Positions 23,461-37,705 of a stretch of 64,000 bases of DNA are shown here, piece by piece. Under the pieces are notes generated by a model. That model saw nothing but the letters and a program-made list of their open reading frames with translations, was not told the origin of the DNA and made no database searches. Both the position numbers and the translations under genes were made by a program. The DNA comes from Lama glama. Its lineage: Eukaryota. The stretch covers positions 20,834,001 through 20,898,000 of the forward strand of contig CM052818.1 in assembly GCA_028534125.1 (NCBI GenBank), read 5' to 3'. Position 1 is the first letter of the stretch; every line of letters begins with the position of its first letter.

Positions 23461-25929
23461 GGTGTGCAGCAGGCAAGCCTTAATGACCTGCCCAGAGTGC
23501 TCACCTGCCTTCCAGCAGCATCTGTTGCCTTTCAGCCTCTTGCATTCGAACACCACACACAAGAATTTCAATGGGCCAGACCACACACTTGAAAACTCAA
23601 ACTTGAGAAAAGATTCCAGTCTCTAGACCATGCCATGAGATTTTAGGTATAAAGAGTAGGGAAGTTTACGTGTACAGAGAGGGCCTGGAGGGCTCAGCAT
23701 GGTAGGGAGTGGCAGAGCTTTTGTCTCCACTCTTGTTATGCTACCTGGCGTTTCTGGTTGAGGAACCAGCAGCCCATCTCCAGCATGATAAAGAGGATGG
23801 GGGCCCAGGACTTGCATTCCCAGCCATGGGGATGTTTTAAAGTAGTGACCTAACTCGCCACCTCAGCTTTCTATCAGGGTTGCCTTAAGCTCTGGGCTAC
23901 TTTTTCCATGGCACGGCACGGCATGGTATGGCAGGCTATGCTACGCTATGCTGGGAGCCAACTCCTTTTGTGCAGAGTGAGCCTGCTGGGAATCAGTCTG
24001 TGGCATGTTAACTCTTAACTCTCTCAGAAGGCCACTGTTTTATAGGCTAACTTTGAATTAATGCCCCAGGTTTCATACAATACGATCTCTGACGTTATCC
24101 CAGGACAGAGCCTCTCCTAGAGGGTTTGCCTGACTTACCACGACTCCTAAGTTCCCCTTAACTGTGTCCCGGTGTGAATGCCCCAGCTTACACCTTCCTT
24201 CTTCTGCCTTTCCTTCCTCAAAACACCTTGAGGAAAGCATTCTCCTCACCATTGAACTTTCTCTAATTCTAATAGCAGGTACATCACAGAGACTTAGGAA
24301 AGAAAAAACACCCTGCCCTTGTTTCTTTTAAAACTACCTTTCCATTTTTGTTACACTTTCTTGGGGGAAAGTTATAGAACTCAAGCCTTTAAGTTCAATC
24401 CCTCTTGAGATTGGAAAAGTTTTCTAGACAAGTTATCAGCAATTGAAAATTATGGCTGACTTTTAGTAATAGTCATTATTAAAATTAGCATGGACCTGGG
24501 CATGGATTTAAGTCACTGACAACATGAGATTTTCTGTACTGCCTATGCTTTGGTTTCTGTAGTGTTTCTAACTTCATGCCATCGCTTGACTAACACTAAT
24601 TCCTTTTCTGCTTTTCCTTTACTTCTGGGAAGGTACTGCTTCTGTAGATTTCACATTGTAAAGAGAAATTCACCTCATTGTGACCCCTAACCTATGCAGT
24701 AAATCCTCTAAAATTAATTTTGGTTCCTTCTGATCTGTTCCCTCACATGACTCCCCCCAAGATTTCATTATTAGATTTTGACAGCCTTTTAAATTTGTAA
24801 GTGCCACAAATTTGTCACTAGAGATGAATGAGTAAAAAGAAAATTCCTTGCAGTGGAGGATATGGGTAAAATATTTCAAGCGACAGATCTGCATCAATAA
24901 TGTTAATGTTTATAGGGTGATGAAAACCATATAAGTCTTAAGCCAGAATCTTGTTTCAGCTGAGTCCCAGAAATTTTGACCACAGAAGCCAAGGCACATT
25001 CCATTTATTCCAACAAATGTTTTTTTTCAAGTTCTTTCCAACCGTCTGAGAGACAGTTGTCACTCTCAAATGCCTGAAATTTTAAATGCTTTTTCCTACT
25101 GTCTTAGTTAAAAGCAGCAGAAACATTGTCTACTATTCCCACAATGCCTTTTGTCTTCCTTGAGTCCCTAAAATGGAGAGCAAACTTGACGACATTATAT
25201 TTTGCCCTCTATTTTTCATGTTCGTCCTCTGGCAAGGTCTTTGAGAAATTCTGGTTAATTCTTTCCGACTGACTTCTGGCCTTGCTTTCGTGCTAGAAGG
25301 TTGCCTCTACTATGCACAGAACAGTCACAGCGTCACGACTGTTTCTTGTTTCTTACTGATACCAAAGGAGTTCCCCCAGGGGCTTCTGGTTCTAGTGCAA
25401 AAGAGCATTAGTATTTGGGAAACTAAGGACAATCAGAAGAAATCTAGAAAAAACATAACTGAAATTATTCTGAATATGCCAGTTAGCATATGTATATTAT
25501 TATTATTTTTTTAACTAATGGAGAAGGATAAAGAACGTTAAACCATTATAGTGTGGCCTTTAGTCCATTTATTTACATAGTATTTGATATTTTTCTCAAA
25601 AAATATATTGACCGAAAAGAATTTATTGAAAACTAAGCTATTATAAAGTTTCCCTGGGAAATTAAAAGCAGTTCTTAGGTTAGGAAAAAGAAGAAAGAAA
25701 AATACCAAGATTAAGAATGATCACTACCCTACCTCCATTCTAAGGCTGCACTGATGGTTTCCCTGCCTGTCAGTGTTCTTTACCAAAATCATCTGGAAGT
25801 GATACCGTAACAATACAGTAAGCATGATGATTTTACAATGGAAATTTCACATGACAAGAAGCATTATTGTATGATAAGTTGATATGAAGACAGGTTTCTT
25901 AGAGTAGGCCGTTACATTACATTATCAGA

Positions 25930-26385
25930 AGCAATAATAATAAAACAGTTAATTAGTGTTTATGAAGTACTTAATAGGGAGAGTGGGACATTATTCTCTC
26001 CTTTTTACAGTTGATGAGAGGAGGGCAGCAAGGTGTGGTTTGACTTGCTTATTCCTCCTCACTGCCTTTCATTCTCATTTATTTCCTAGAGTAAGATAGC
26101 GTAGGCTCTGCAGCCCAGCTGCATGAGCTCAGATTTTGGCTTCACCATTTACTGCCTGCTGATCTCGGGCAGGGTGTCAGGTGTGCTGTTGTCGTCATTG
26201 TCATCATCGTCATCATCATCATTCCTAGTATGGAACTGCAGTGTGCTAGCACTGAAAGGTATCTAAGAGACTAGCAGATCCAACCCCCTCATTGTCTAGG
26301 GAAGCTGAAGCCTAGAAAATTAGCTGGCTTCTCCATCCCCAGTTAATGTTTTAGTTACAGCTAGAACAGTGATCTCTTAACTTTT
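25930..26385. mobile_element. Cluster of MIR/MIR3 fragments in both orientations
   Basis: 'attattctctcctttttacagttgatgaga', 'tttactgcctgctgatctcgggcag', 'agatccaaccccctcattgtctagggaagctgaagcctaga'. Confidence 0.6.
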
Positions 26386-26457
26386 ATGTCCCTTCTACCA
26401 CAGACAGTTTCCATACTTTTGACTTCAGGCACTAGTAAAATAATTTTTCAAAACATT

Positions 26458-27009
26458 TGTGGTTCTGATAGCCAGTTTCCAATATGGTCCTCAGGAATAC
26501 TGCCTCTTGGTACTAATACTCTGGTGTGGTCTCCTCCCACGTTGTACTGGTCTTTGGGCAGTGGAATATGGCAGAAGTAATGGTATCTCACTTCTGAGAT
26601 GAAGTTATACAAGAACCGTGGTTCTGTCTTGGATGCTTTCGTTCTCTTGGATCTCTCACTGTGGGGGAAGCCAACTTCCATATCATGAACAGCCCTGGTA
26701 GATACTCACATGGAGAGGAATTGAGGCCTCTGGCCAACAGCAACAAGGAACTCAGGGCTTCTGCCAACAGTGATGTGAGTGAGCCATCTTGGAAACAGAT
26801 CCTCAACCCACTCAGGTCTTCAGATGATTTCAGCCCCAGCTGATGTTTTGACTGCAACCTCATGAGAGACTCTCATTGAGAGTCAGAACTACCCAGCTAA
26901 GCTGCTTCTCAATTCCTGACCCTCAGAAACTGTGTGAGATAGTAAGTTTGTTGCTTTAAGCTGCTAGGTTTTAGGGTAATTTGTTACACAGCAGTAGATA
27001 ACTAATACA
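26458..27009 (+). mobile_element. MLT1 (MaLR) solo LTR, MLT1F-like
   Basis: TG...CA termini; 'gaggaattgaggcctctggccaacagcaacaaggaac', 'gtgagccatcttggaaacagatcct', and the 3' end 'gggtaatttgttacacagcagtagataactaataca'. Confidence 0.9.
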
Positions 27010-28304
27010 GTAGGATTGTGGGGAATTGACATACTTCCAAGTTTTTCTTATCACAGACAAGGAAAAGGAAAAGGAGTATTTTAGCACCAAAATAGTAGGA
27101 ATGTCATAATTATAAAGGACAGTTGTTCACATTGAATAATTGTTGAAAAACATTCTCATTCCCCTTTTTTTATTAACCACTGAAAAATTTGTCATGAACT
27201 AGCATTTGGAAACCATTTTACTTCATCATACCGTATCTCAATTAGTAGTTTTCAACTTTGCCTTCTTTTGCGTCCTCAGGTGTTTGCTGAGTATAGGAAA
27301 GTGTGTTGTCTTCTGAAATGTGGCTATAGAAAAACCAAACCGAGGAAACTCCGGTTGTTATTTTTTTTCATGGTAGAAGGTACAATAACAGATACAGCTT
27401 ATCTGTGTTTAGATTTTCTCATCTGTGAATTGATGAGTTATACTATATAAGATCTCTTGTAAACTTTTCCAGTTCTAAAATTTTTGAGATTCCCATGGAA
27501 GACCTTTATGCGTTACTCTTTTCTCCTGCACTGTTTGCCAGCAAAAGGAAGGTGATAATCGTAAAATCTTTGCTTTTTTCCTTTTTTAAAAGTACATTTG
27601 TTTACAGTCAAAATTGGAACCTGATCAGGACTAATAGAATTTCCCAGGAGAAAGAGGGAAAACCACCAGTGGAACGGACAGATGCGTTTACCTCTGTCTC
27701 TGACTTGTACACGCTTGTGTCCTAACCTCTGTACTTAACTGTGCTGCTGCTGTGAAGGAACCAGCCTGGGTGGAAATGTCTCAAAGTTTCCTTTGAGAAG
27801 GAAGTGCATCTGTCATTCATAGCCAAGCTGGAGTGGTGGCAAATCATAATTATTTTCAGTGTGTCAGATGAAATGCTGCAAGGGATCATTCTGAGTGACA
27901 GAAGGATAGAAAAATTAGAGGGAAAGGGAACAGGAGAAAGTAAATTATAGTTTCATAATAGAAGAGACTAGTGTCCTGTCAAAGCACGTTGCCATGTAGT
28001 TTCTTCAGAAATCTTTTTTTTTTTCTGTACATGTATAGACACCATTTACATAAGATTGGTATTAAGAACACTGTGATACAGAATTTTAAAAGCACGTCTA
28101 TTTTGTCAGAATATCTTTAGTCATGGTAAACCTTATGAATGAACAGAAAACATTGTCTTATAAACAAAAAAATGTGTTCTTGATTGTTACAAAACTTTCC
28201 CTTTAAAAAAATAACTAAGTTGCTGGGCTGTCTTTGCAACTCAAGCAAGAGAGCTGGAATTTGCAGTGCTAAATCAAGTGATACTGCTGACTTATGAAAC
28301 AGAG

Positions 28305-28550
28305 GGGACATAGTGTCTAGAACTTCAGTACAAGAGATAGACCCTTTGCATTTCAGCTATGCCTGAGCAGTGTGACACTGGGCAACTTACTTAACTCTCT
28401 ATGCCTGTTTCCTCTTCTGTAAAATGGAAATACTAGTAATGTGACGGTAATAACAACCATGGGATTGGGAAGATAACTTTAAGTTAGCATTGTGAAATTC
28501 CTGATACCTATTAGTACCTGTATAAATATTTTCTGGTGTTATTACTGTAA
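28305..28550 (+). mobile_element. MIR SINE
   Basis: Core 'gtgtgacactgggcaacttacttaactctctatgcctgtttcctcttctgtaaaatggaaatactagta'. Confidence 0.85.
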
Positions 28551-29029
28551 AATGGGTTTTCTTATACAGGGATTTTGAAGAACTTTGACAGCTTAGTATA
28601 GCTTCTCTGTAACACTTTGTATTTTGCCCCTTCATGGTAAAAACAACTGCACCAAATTATAAATTCTTGCTTGAAAATTCAATCCTGTCACAGACATTTC
28701 CTTACAGAGTACCTGTCATTAAAGACTAATTTAAGCACCTCATCCAATGAAAATTACTAGATATACATAAAAAGGATTCTAGAGGCAATACTCCTTATAA
28801 AACAAGTAGGTAATTACCACCTCCTCCATTTTTCAAATGCTGAATTTCAGAATTATGTGCATATAGAAACTGCAAAAGAATAGTATTCAGGTTTTTGTTT
28901 ACTTAGCTGTTTACAATATGCACATTTCCACTTATGTTCCTTCATGTTGCCAGATTCTCTCCCTACACTCGGCCTCCCTTCCAAAGTTTTAAATGTTTAT
29001 CATTTCCTCTCTTTTGCATGCTAGACAGT

Positions 29030-30007
29030 GTATACTTAGATTGCTTCACCGCAGATCTCTCCCCTGACCTCCAAGCTCCATATATCCACCTACCAGCCTG
29101 AACTTTCAATTTGGAAGTCCAGTAGACTTCTGAAACTTAACATGTCTAGGAAAGAACTTCTGACCTCCCTCTACTAACCCCTCTGCCTCCCCCAAATTTG
29201 AAATGAAAACCACTCACCTGTTTTTCTTTCACCCTACCTGATTTCTGTTAATGGCATCATCATCCACCCAATTAGTCAAGCTACAAACCTATTCTCATTA
29301 CAACATCACTTTTATTAAAATCCTTAATTCTTTTTTGCTTTATCATTCCCCAGTATTAACTCCGTCTCCCTCTTTCCACCCCAACCACCTGATGCCAGAC
29401 AGTCATCATCTCCCTCTTGATGTGCTGAAAAAGTCTCTTACCAGGACTCCCTATTTCCTGTTTAAAATGTGTGTCAGATCCTTTCTCTCTCCTCATTATA
29501 CTTAGAATAAAATTCTTACTCCTTTCTATGGGACCTATAAGATCCTTGTCTGCTTCTCTAGCCTTATTTCTGACTATTTTTCCCCATCCCCGTTGTGTTC
29601 TGGCCACACTGCTGTCCTTTTAGTTTCATGAGCAGTGTAGCTTTTTCCCACCTCAGGGCCTTTGCACTTTTTTTTTTTTTTTTTTTTGGCCTAGAATATT
29701 CTTTCTGGCTCTGCGTGGCTGGCTCTTTCTCATTCCTCAAGTGTTAGATTTAATATATTTCTTCAAAGAGTCAATTCCCAGTCACCCAAGTAGCCACCTT
29801 TAACTCCTTGAACTATGATGTTACTCTCTTTATTTCCTTTATAGCATTTATCCTAAGTTATAATTTTAATTTGTTTATTTAATCATGTGTGCCATCTATC
29901 TGTTTTCTGCTATACTGCCATTAATTTTACTTCTGTTACTTAGAATAAGGCCAGGTACAAAGCAGACACTCAGCAAATATTTATAATGTTTATTGAATGA
30001 ATGAATG
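29030..30007 (+). mobile_element. LINE-2 3' portion
   Basis: 'atctctcccctgacctccaagctccatatatcc', 'cctcagggcctttgcact', and the tail 'cactcagcaaatattt...ttgaatgaatgaatg'. Confidence 0.85.
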
Positions 30008-30039
30008 CTTATAAGCATTAGAAAGTTTATTTTTTATTT

Positions 30040-30413
30040 GCTAGCTTTTGAGTCTATTCAAGCCACTCTCAAGCTCATTCAGGTCATTGGCAGAATTCAT
30101 TTCCTGGCTGAGTGACCAAGAGCCCCAGCTTTTTACCAGCTGCTGGCTGTAGACCACCTTCGGGTCCTAGAGGTCACTCACAGTTCCTTGCCACATGGGC
30201 TTCTTCAGCATGACTGCTTATTTCATCAAGACATCAGAACAGCCACCTTTCCCATTCAGTGTGATCTAATCACTGGAGTGACATCCAATCACTGCTGTAT
30301 TCCATAGCTTAGAAGCAAGTCACGGGTCTTGCTCACACTGAAGGTGCAGGGATTACACAAGGAGTGAACACCAGGAGGTGTTCACAGGGTCACCTCAGAG
30401 TCTGTTTGCTACA
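30040..30413 (-). mobile_element. MLT1 LTR fragment (MLT1E/F-like), antisense
   Basis: 'caagctcattcaggtcattggcagaattcatttcct', 'agaagcaagtcacgggtcttgctcacactgaagg...gattacacaaggagtgaacaccagga...ctaca'. Confidence 0.8.
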
Positions 30414-31894
30414 GTGATTAATGATAAAGTGTTAGTTTTCTTAAGTGTAACCTGGGTCAGTGTGACTTAAAGGGAGTGAAGCTTACCACTTCTTCCCATT
30501 GGAATGAGGGACTTTGGGTGCCTCTGAAATTTTCCATTCAAAACAACGGATACTTATTACAAGCCTACTCTTCTGAGCGAAAGAAACTCCTGTCTCAGAG
30601 AGAAGGAGAGAAGTTCTGTTAGAACATTATAAAAGGGGGGCACATAAAGAAGGTGGTGGCTAGACCAGCTTTTCCTCCCATTTCTTCTCAATATCAGAGA
30701 AAAAAATACTTTCTAATAAAATGGAAATAAGTTGCTAATTCACTTTAAAACCCAAATTTATTTAAAATAAACTGCCAGTTCTAAACTGAGATTTGCTCTA
30801 ACAGAACATTCCCCTTAGTGGTTTGAGGAATGAATAAGACAAATTATTTGCACTCTGGTCTTGCTTGCATAGCTGATCCTGTAATGACCAGTGTTTAATT
30901 CTTATGCCCTAGAATTCTTTCCTTGGTAAAGAGGAGTTGGGAACATCTGTATCCCTCTTCTGAATTTCAGAATTCTCTCATTTATATTTTCTTTAACTTT
31001 ATGACCCCACCCTTGTCCATGGCCTAGTTACTCTATGAGTCAAATGGGTTTGATTTTGCCCAATTCTGCAATAACCCATAGAGATATTTGGGGAAAATGA
31101 GTTATACTACATTGAACCTTAAAGAAAAGATTATTTCTGAATGTAACATTTTCATATCAAAAAGTATTTTCTTCCTCAGACCTGTTTGTTGTATCAAGAT
31201 ATGTAGCAAAATACGCTCTTCGACCTTTCTGCTAGAGACGCCTCATCAGCTTCTAATCATGTTGACTGTGAGACTGTCTGTGGTAAATGGTGGCCCGTGA
31301 ATGAGTCTCACAAGTCTTGACCTGGGAGATGGCAAGTCAGGACTTTCTTCCTAATGATTTCTCTGCTTTCTGGGTCCAAATATCTCAGCTTTGGTCTTCT
31401 TTTATTGTATGACAGGGTGCTTGTACTTTGACTCATGTTTAAAATGACAGAAGCTTAAATTTAATTCAATTCCCAGGAAAATAAATACGTAAGCTTTTCT
31501 AATCAAAAGCATCAGAGATTAGTCTATGAGTAAGGTCTGAGTTAACAGGAACTCTTTATTGACCTAGAAACCTACCAGAAACTATTTGCCAGAGGATTTG
31601 GTGGCTTGGAGTGAGAGAGCCTGTGGCCATGGTTAGTCTTAATATGTTATGTTAGGGCATCTTAGATTTCATTTTAAAATATCACCTTCTGAGCTGGCTG
31701 TTGATTGATGCCTCCTTAAAAAGTTTCTCTGTAATCTGAATTTAAATTTTAACTGCTATAATGCCCTTAAGTATCTCCTTTTATTTTAAGGCTACTCTTT
31801 TTCGTAAACCAAATCCCCAACTTCAGCAAGAAGAATCCAAAAGCAAAACTGCTAGAAACTTGCCCCTGGTGTTCTTTCCTTTATCCAATTAAGT

Positions 31895-32170
31895 TGTAAT
31901 TTATTGAGCACCTACCATGTGCTAAGGAGCTTGATGTTAGGAGGTGGGAATGCAGAGAAAAGTCTAAATGGCCAGCAGACACACACAGAGGTCCTCAACT
32001 AAACCAGTTTTCAAGGAAATACACTTTAAAGCAGTAGTAGGATTGAGCCCCTACTGTGTGCTGGGATACAGCAATGAACAAAACATAAATGTTTATTAAC
32101 TTACACACACAACAAACCTGTGTGAAGCAGATGCTAATAAATGCTGTGGATAAAATTAGGGAATGAGGGT
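31895..32170 (-). mobile_element. LINE-2 3' fragments, antisense
   Basis: 'tttattgagcacctaccatgtgctaagg' and 'attgagcccctactgtgtgctgggatacagcaatgaacaaaaca'. Confidence 0.7.
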
Positions 32171-33709
32171 AAGAGTGGTGTGAGGGCAGAGTTTTGGATC
32201 CGTGTCTTCACTCCCACCAGTGCAGGAGGCTAGGTATGGAGGGAACATTTCAGATCCTGTGGCACTCCTGGGCTCTCTGCTGCCACAGTCATGTAGAGGC
32301 GGGGGACTTGCAAACAAAAGGGAACCTTCCTTACCATATTAACATTCGAGCCCCACAGAAACACGTTGATGTGGCTCCTGTGCTGGTGGTGTCAAGCTCA
32401 AGTGTAATTGGGAGAATTTACTGTCTATAATATTAATTGACTGGAAGCCAATTCTAGCTGCGTGTGTGGCCGCATATGACTTTATGTATGTGTATTTGGG
32501 GAAAGAAAATATATCTTTAGAACTTACTGTTGGAAATATTAACAAGGAACCTAATTTCTACAATCTTGGGAGGAAAAAACTTTTTATTATTTTGCCTAGT
32601 ACCCCTTTTTATCCCTAACCCCTAACCCCTAAACATTAAACATTTAAACTTTAGGCTGTCAAAATTTCTGTGTGCAAGGATCTCTCTCCCTCTCGTGTAT
32701 ACACACCACACAAACAACAGTTTCAGATCAGATTTTCTACACACTGTATTTTAATTTATTAGAAAGGAAATTTCTCTCTTGTGGCTAATCTTTGCACCCT
32801 AAATTTTTCTGAAGTCCATGTTCATGGCTAAACGATAAATCTCAAAATAGAGTTTTACAGTGGAAATGCTGACTCCTTTGTATTATGTCAGGTCACAATG
32901 TCTAGCTAATTGGTATGTATTGGTTCATGCATATGTCATAAGCCAGGATTATGTTTTAGTGCAGGCCCTGTACTTGACCACACATGGGACAGATAGGTGT
33001 GGTCTAGGTTAGATGTGTTAATGTTTTTCTTTGTCTACAGTAAATTAGATGGTGTGAGGCATTGGTTTGGAAAGGTTATGCGGGCAGTGCAGACATTGAG
33101 GATTTATGGACCTTCACTTAGCCAGTATTGCCCCTGTCTTTCTTCCACCGTGTCAACCTGTATCCACTAGGGGACATAGGAGCACCTACTAGAAGACAGA
33201 GTGAAAGCCTGAGTAGATTAGAATTTAAACACTGGGCTATTATGATAGCATATGAAACGCTCACTTTTTAGCTTTGTGATTCATAAAGAAGTTACACATT
33301 TCATTTAAATTTTAATCATCATGGAAAACTTTTTAAAGGCAGAATCAGTATCTTACGTTAATAATTACGGAATGAGAATGAAACAGGCAGCTTAACTAGC
33401 ACAGTTTTTTTCACTTAGTTCCCATGTGGCCTACTGAAGCTATTCGGACAAGGATTCTGGCTTTGAAAATGACTGTATATAGAAAAGAATTACCTTTTGG
33501 GTTCAGAAGGTGAGACATCTACGGAGGATATCTACTATCAGATTCCAAAGAACAAAAACCAGGAGTGGTCGTAGTTTGTACCCCAGATACCTGCTCTAGA
33601 GTTATGAATTCTGAGAGAAGCCCATAGTTTGTAAAATGATTATCAATCATCTGACTGATCCCTCCTAAAATGATTATGTGGTCTAACAGTTCAGGAACTT
33701 AGGTTGGAT

Positions 33710-35030
33710 TTTTGTTTATTTACAGTTGTTTTAAGGTATAATTTACATACAGGAAGGGGCAAACTGATACACTGCAATGAGTTTTGACAAATGCATACCC
33801 CCATCTGTGAAGATGTAGAACATTTCTATCATCCCAGAAAGTTCACTCCTGTCTCTTGACACATAGAGCACTCTTATGTTTTTTTCACCATACATTAGTT
33901 TTGTCTGTTCTAGAATTTTACATAGAAGACAGCGTACAATTTGTATTCCGTTGCACTCAAGTTCTTTCAGTTCATCCATGTTTTTACATGTATCAGCAGT
34001 TTGTTCTTTTTTGTTGCAGAATAGTATTCCATTGTGTGAGCATAATACATTTTCAATACATAATACATTTCATATTACATAATCCATTCTCCTATTGATG
34101 GACACCTAAGCTGTTCCTAGTTTTTGACTATTAATGAATACAAATCCTAGAGACATTCTTATACAAGGTTTGGGGGGCCATATTATCAAATTTTCCCTTA
34201 AATAAACATTTAGTATTTGAATTGCTGCAAGTGTTTTAAAGCTTTGTAATTAGGTAAATTACATTTCTCTGGTAATTACCCCTTATGTTGAAGTCTTTTT
34301 TGTCTGATATTAGTATAGCTATGTTAGTCTTTGTAGTCTTAATGTTTGCATTAATCTCTTCTGTAAGAGATTGTAGAGAATTGGTATGATTTCTTCTTAA
34401 GTGTTTGGTAGAACACACCACTGAACCAGTCTGGAAAGGATTATTTTATAAAGTTTATTAGGATGGGTGTAGAGTAGCCCTCTCTCTAGGACTAGAATAG
34501 CCCCACTTCTAAGACCTGGCCATTTACCTGGGTGTTGTGTGAGGTCTCCCCAGTGTGACTGGTAGGACATCTTATGTCTCCCAGCTCTGCAATCACAGGA
34601 ATCTCTGTATAGCCCCAAACTCCCAGGCAGCTGATTTTTGCCTGGTCTGTAGAGTCTTATCCTGGCATCCTGGGTATATGCAGTTTAATATTTTGCTAAA
34701 TACTTTAGGGGTCTCATGCAATTTTCTGGAGTTCTGCTCTTCAAAGCTTCATTCTCTCTGGTATCCTACTCTTAAAAGTCCAATCATTTCAGCAGTCTCG
34801 GGCTCTATAGCCTCTGCTCTGCCACCCCCCGTGCCACAGTCTGTAAAGTCTTCTCAGACAGAGATTGTGGGCAATTGAGGGGCTGAACTTACGTAGTTCC
34901 CCGTCTGCAGATTCATAGTCCTGCTCTACCTGTTGTCTAACATCTAAAATTAGTTGCCAAATATGTTTCACTCAGTTTTATCGTTGTTCATGGTGGGAAA
35001 AGGACTCTGGTGTAGAAGTTCTTCTAAACT
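33710..35030 (-). mobile_element. Composite of ancient L1M fragments, antisense
   Basis: 3' UTR-type 'aggtataatttacatacag...gagttttgacaaatgcatacc...tagaacatttctatcatcccagaaagttc' and ORF2-type 'ttcttcttaagtgtttggtagaa' pieces. Confidence 0.75.
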
Positions 35031-37104
35031 GGAAGCCTAAAAACTGAGTTAGCAGTAAAAGAATTTTCAGCATAACTTTCATATGCTTTATCAGAGGAGG
35101 AGGATTTACAAAGAAAATCTCTTCTTGTGTTGTGTTTTTCCCCCTGTTATGAACACTGGCCATACTTTAGTCTGTTTCCAGATCTGGAAAATCACCTCTA
35201 GGCCTGGAATGCCCTTTGCCGTCTTAATCCCAGAGCCCCATAGGCACAGTGAGCTGTTCATTGTACCTATAGTTTATTCATCTAAAAAACAAAAATGTTC
35301 TGCTAGTGTTAAAAGTATTTGTTTTTAAAAAACTATGGTTAATGAAAAAATATTTTTAAAGTCTATTTCAAGAATACTTGTCCATTACATGTAAATATCT
35401 ATGATCCAGTAGAGCTAGAATACATAGGTTTTTAAAACGTTAAATGCAATATTTCTATGGTGCCAAATGTTGTTTTAGTCTTTAAAGGGAGTGTATAAAG
35501 ACCTCTTGTATACTGATTTGAAGAATTGGAGGAGGAGCTACTCTTCACACATATTCTGTTTTCTCAAATGTTTTCCATTCTTCTGTCATTTCTGTCTTTT
35601 CATGGGTCATTCAACCCACACATCCCTGGATGAGTCTTTTAAACTGTCACATGTCAGTCAAAGAAAAGTAGATGTGAGATAAGGAAATAAACTTCCCTTA
35701 TTTGAAATAGACTAGATTCTCCCCGTAAAGCTTTTTTGCATCTTTAGTTTCTAACTACAATTTATATTTTGGGCAACAGTAGGAGACAAGAAGGGACATG
35801 AGTGAGTGATAATTGCAAAAGAAAATACTCAAGAATGTTGCATCAGAAAACCACTTGGGAATAAACTTAAAGTTTATATGGAATATGCAAAGTGAAATTT
35901 CATTGCTGTAATCCACAGCCAATGTTTCATCTAGAAGGATTTTTTAAAATAATTGTAAGATAATTTTAGTGCTTAGGACCAAAAAAAGGAGCAGTTTGGA
36001 TCAGCAATTCTTTAGAAATTTGTGGTAGAGTAATAATAAAAATGTGGATTCTGACCTCAAAAAAGCTGACTAGCGTAAATGACTGCTTATATTCCTTTTT
36101 AAAGTTTTCATAAATTTTAAGTAAAAATCCAATGCCCAAACAATATTTCCTTGACTTTGAAAGACTATTGATAAAACTCAAATTACTTGCCCTAAAATTC
36201 AGAGTTTAGTTAACTTTTAAAAAATAGAATAATTCATCCTTTCTGGCATCAAGTCCTTGACCAGCCCTGGGGTCCTCTTGCCTCTTATTCTCATGACTGC
36301 CAGTAGACTGGTGTCTCACGTCTCAGCTTTCTGCTAATATAAACTGAGCTTCTGGAAGACATGGAATTCATATGCTTTTTCCTGAACTTTAAACACCTAG
36401 CACAATTAGCGCAGTGTCTGGTACATAGTAGTTGCTTAGAAAATGTTTTTAGAATGACAAAATCAATGCTGCTTTAGTGTCAAAGACATTATTATGAGGA
36501 CAATATGGAACTTTATTCAATATTCCCTCCCCTTAACATATGTGATTTTTACTTTTAGAAAATAATGTTACTCTTTAAGCAAATAGAGTACTTTCCTAAG
36601 CAAAAAGCTGGGGAAGAACATAGGCAAAATCCAGGATTATGGATGACAGCAGTCCCTGCAGAAATTTTTCTTACATGAATCTAGCTGCTAGAGGAATTAA
36701 AAAGTATTTCAATTCAATATGTTGTTATCTTGGACCTTTTTTCTTATAGACCATTTTGGTAAAATAGCTGTTCTGCCTTATGCTTTTTAATGACTTCGTA
36801 ATAGTTCATGCTGTGGCTGTTCCATAATTTGTTTGTATCAGTACCCTCTGGGGGAATTTTTAGATTTTACACACACACACGCAGGCACATACCTTTGCAC
36901 GTCTTGCTATTTCCTGAGTAAATTCTTATATATAAAGATGCATGAAATCATATGCACATTTCATATAATTGTTGTGAGGATTAAACTAGATCATACTATA
37001 AAAAGCCTATAGCAATGCCTGACAGTAAAATGTCAAGGTTTTCTGTAGTACGGTTATTATTAGCTGTTTGGTTGCTTAGTCTTCCCCCTAGACTTGAAGT
37101 GCCT

Positions 37105-37520
37105 AAATAAAATGACTGCTTCAGTTAGAAAAACAGATCTCAACTCCAAGTGGCTTGAACAACAAGCGAATTAATTATTCTTTATTAAACAATAAGGAAA
37201 TTTCATAACAAGAGGGTCAGAGGAGGGGTGAGTATGGAACTGGTTAATACAGGATTTCAGGAGTATCAGGAAAAACCAGTCTTCCCAAGTATGCCGCCTG
37301 CCATACTCAGTGAGTCAGCCTCGTCCCCAAGCTGATCCCGGTCACAGGATACAACACTTGCTCCTGGTGCAGGAGTCATACTTGAATGAAAAGACCAACT
37401 CTTCATGAGAGTCATTGTTTAAGAGTGGTGAAGTCTCTTTCTGAAGGTCCCATCAGATTTACCTTTACATTAAATTTCCCACAATTAAATGAATGGAATG
37501 GGTCCACTATGATTGGCTTA
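37105..37520 (-). mobile_element. Old MLT1 LTR (MLT1J/K-like)
   Basis: 'actccaagtggcttgaacaacaag...tcataacaagagggtcagagg' and 'ggaatgggtccactatgattggcttagac'. Confidence 0.6.
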
Positions 37521-37523
37521 GAC

Positions 37524-37705
37524 CATTGTTTTTCATACTTTTTGATTATGACACACAGTAGGAAGTACATTTTATACCACAACCAAGATACTCATCATAC
37601 ATGTATTTGTGTATGTCTCTCTCTATACAGTTAAACATAATTCAAAATAAAATCTTTTCAATATAATACTTACCTAACTACCCTATGATAAAGTTTTATC
37701 TATAT
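37524..37705. mobile_element. hAT-Charlie-like MITE, one end
   Basis: 'cattgtttttcatactttttgattatgacacacagtaggaagtacattttata...aatacttacc'. Confidence 0.55.

Noticed and set aside
32613..32632. CCCTAA-like repeats (possible interstitial telomere)
   Set aside because: Only three imperfect units with a 7-bp period; too short to support the call.
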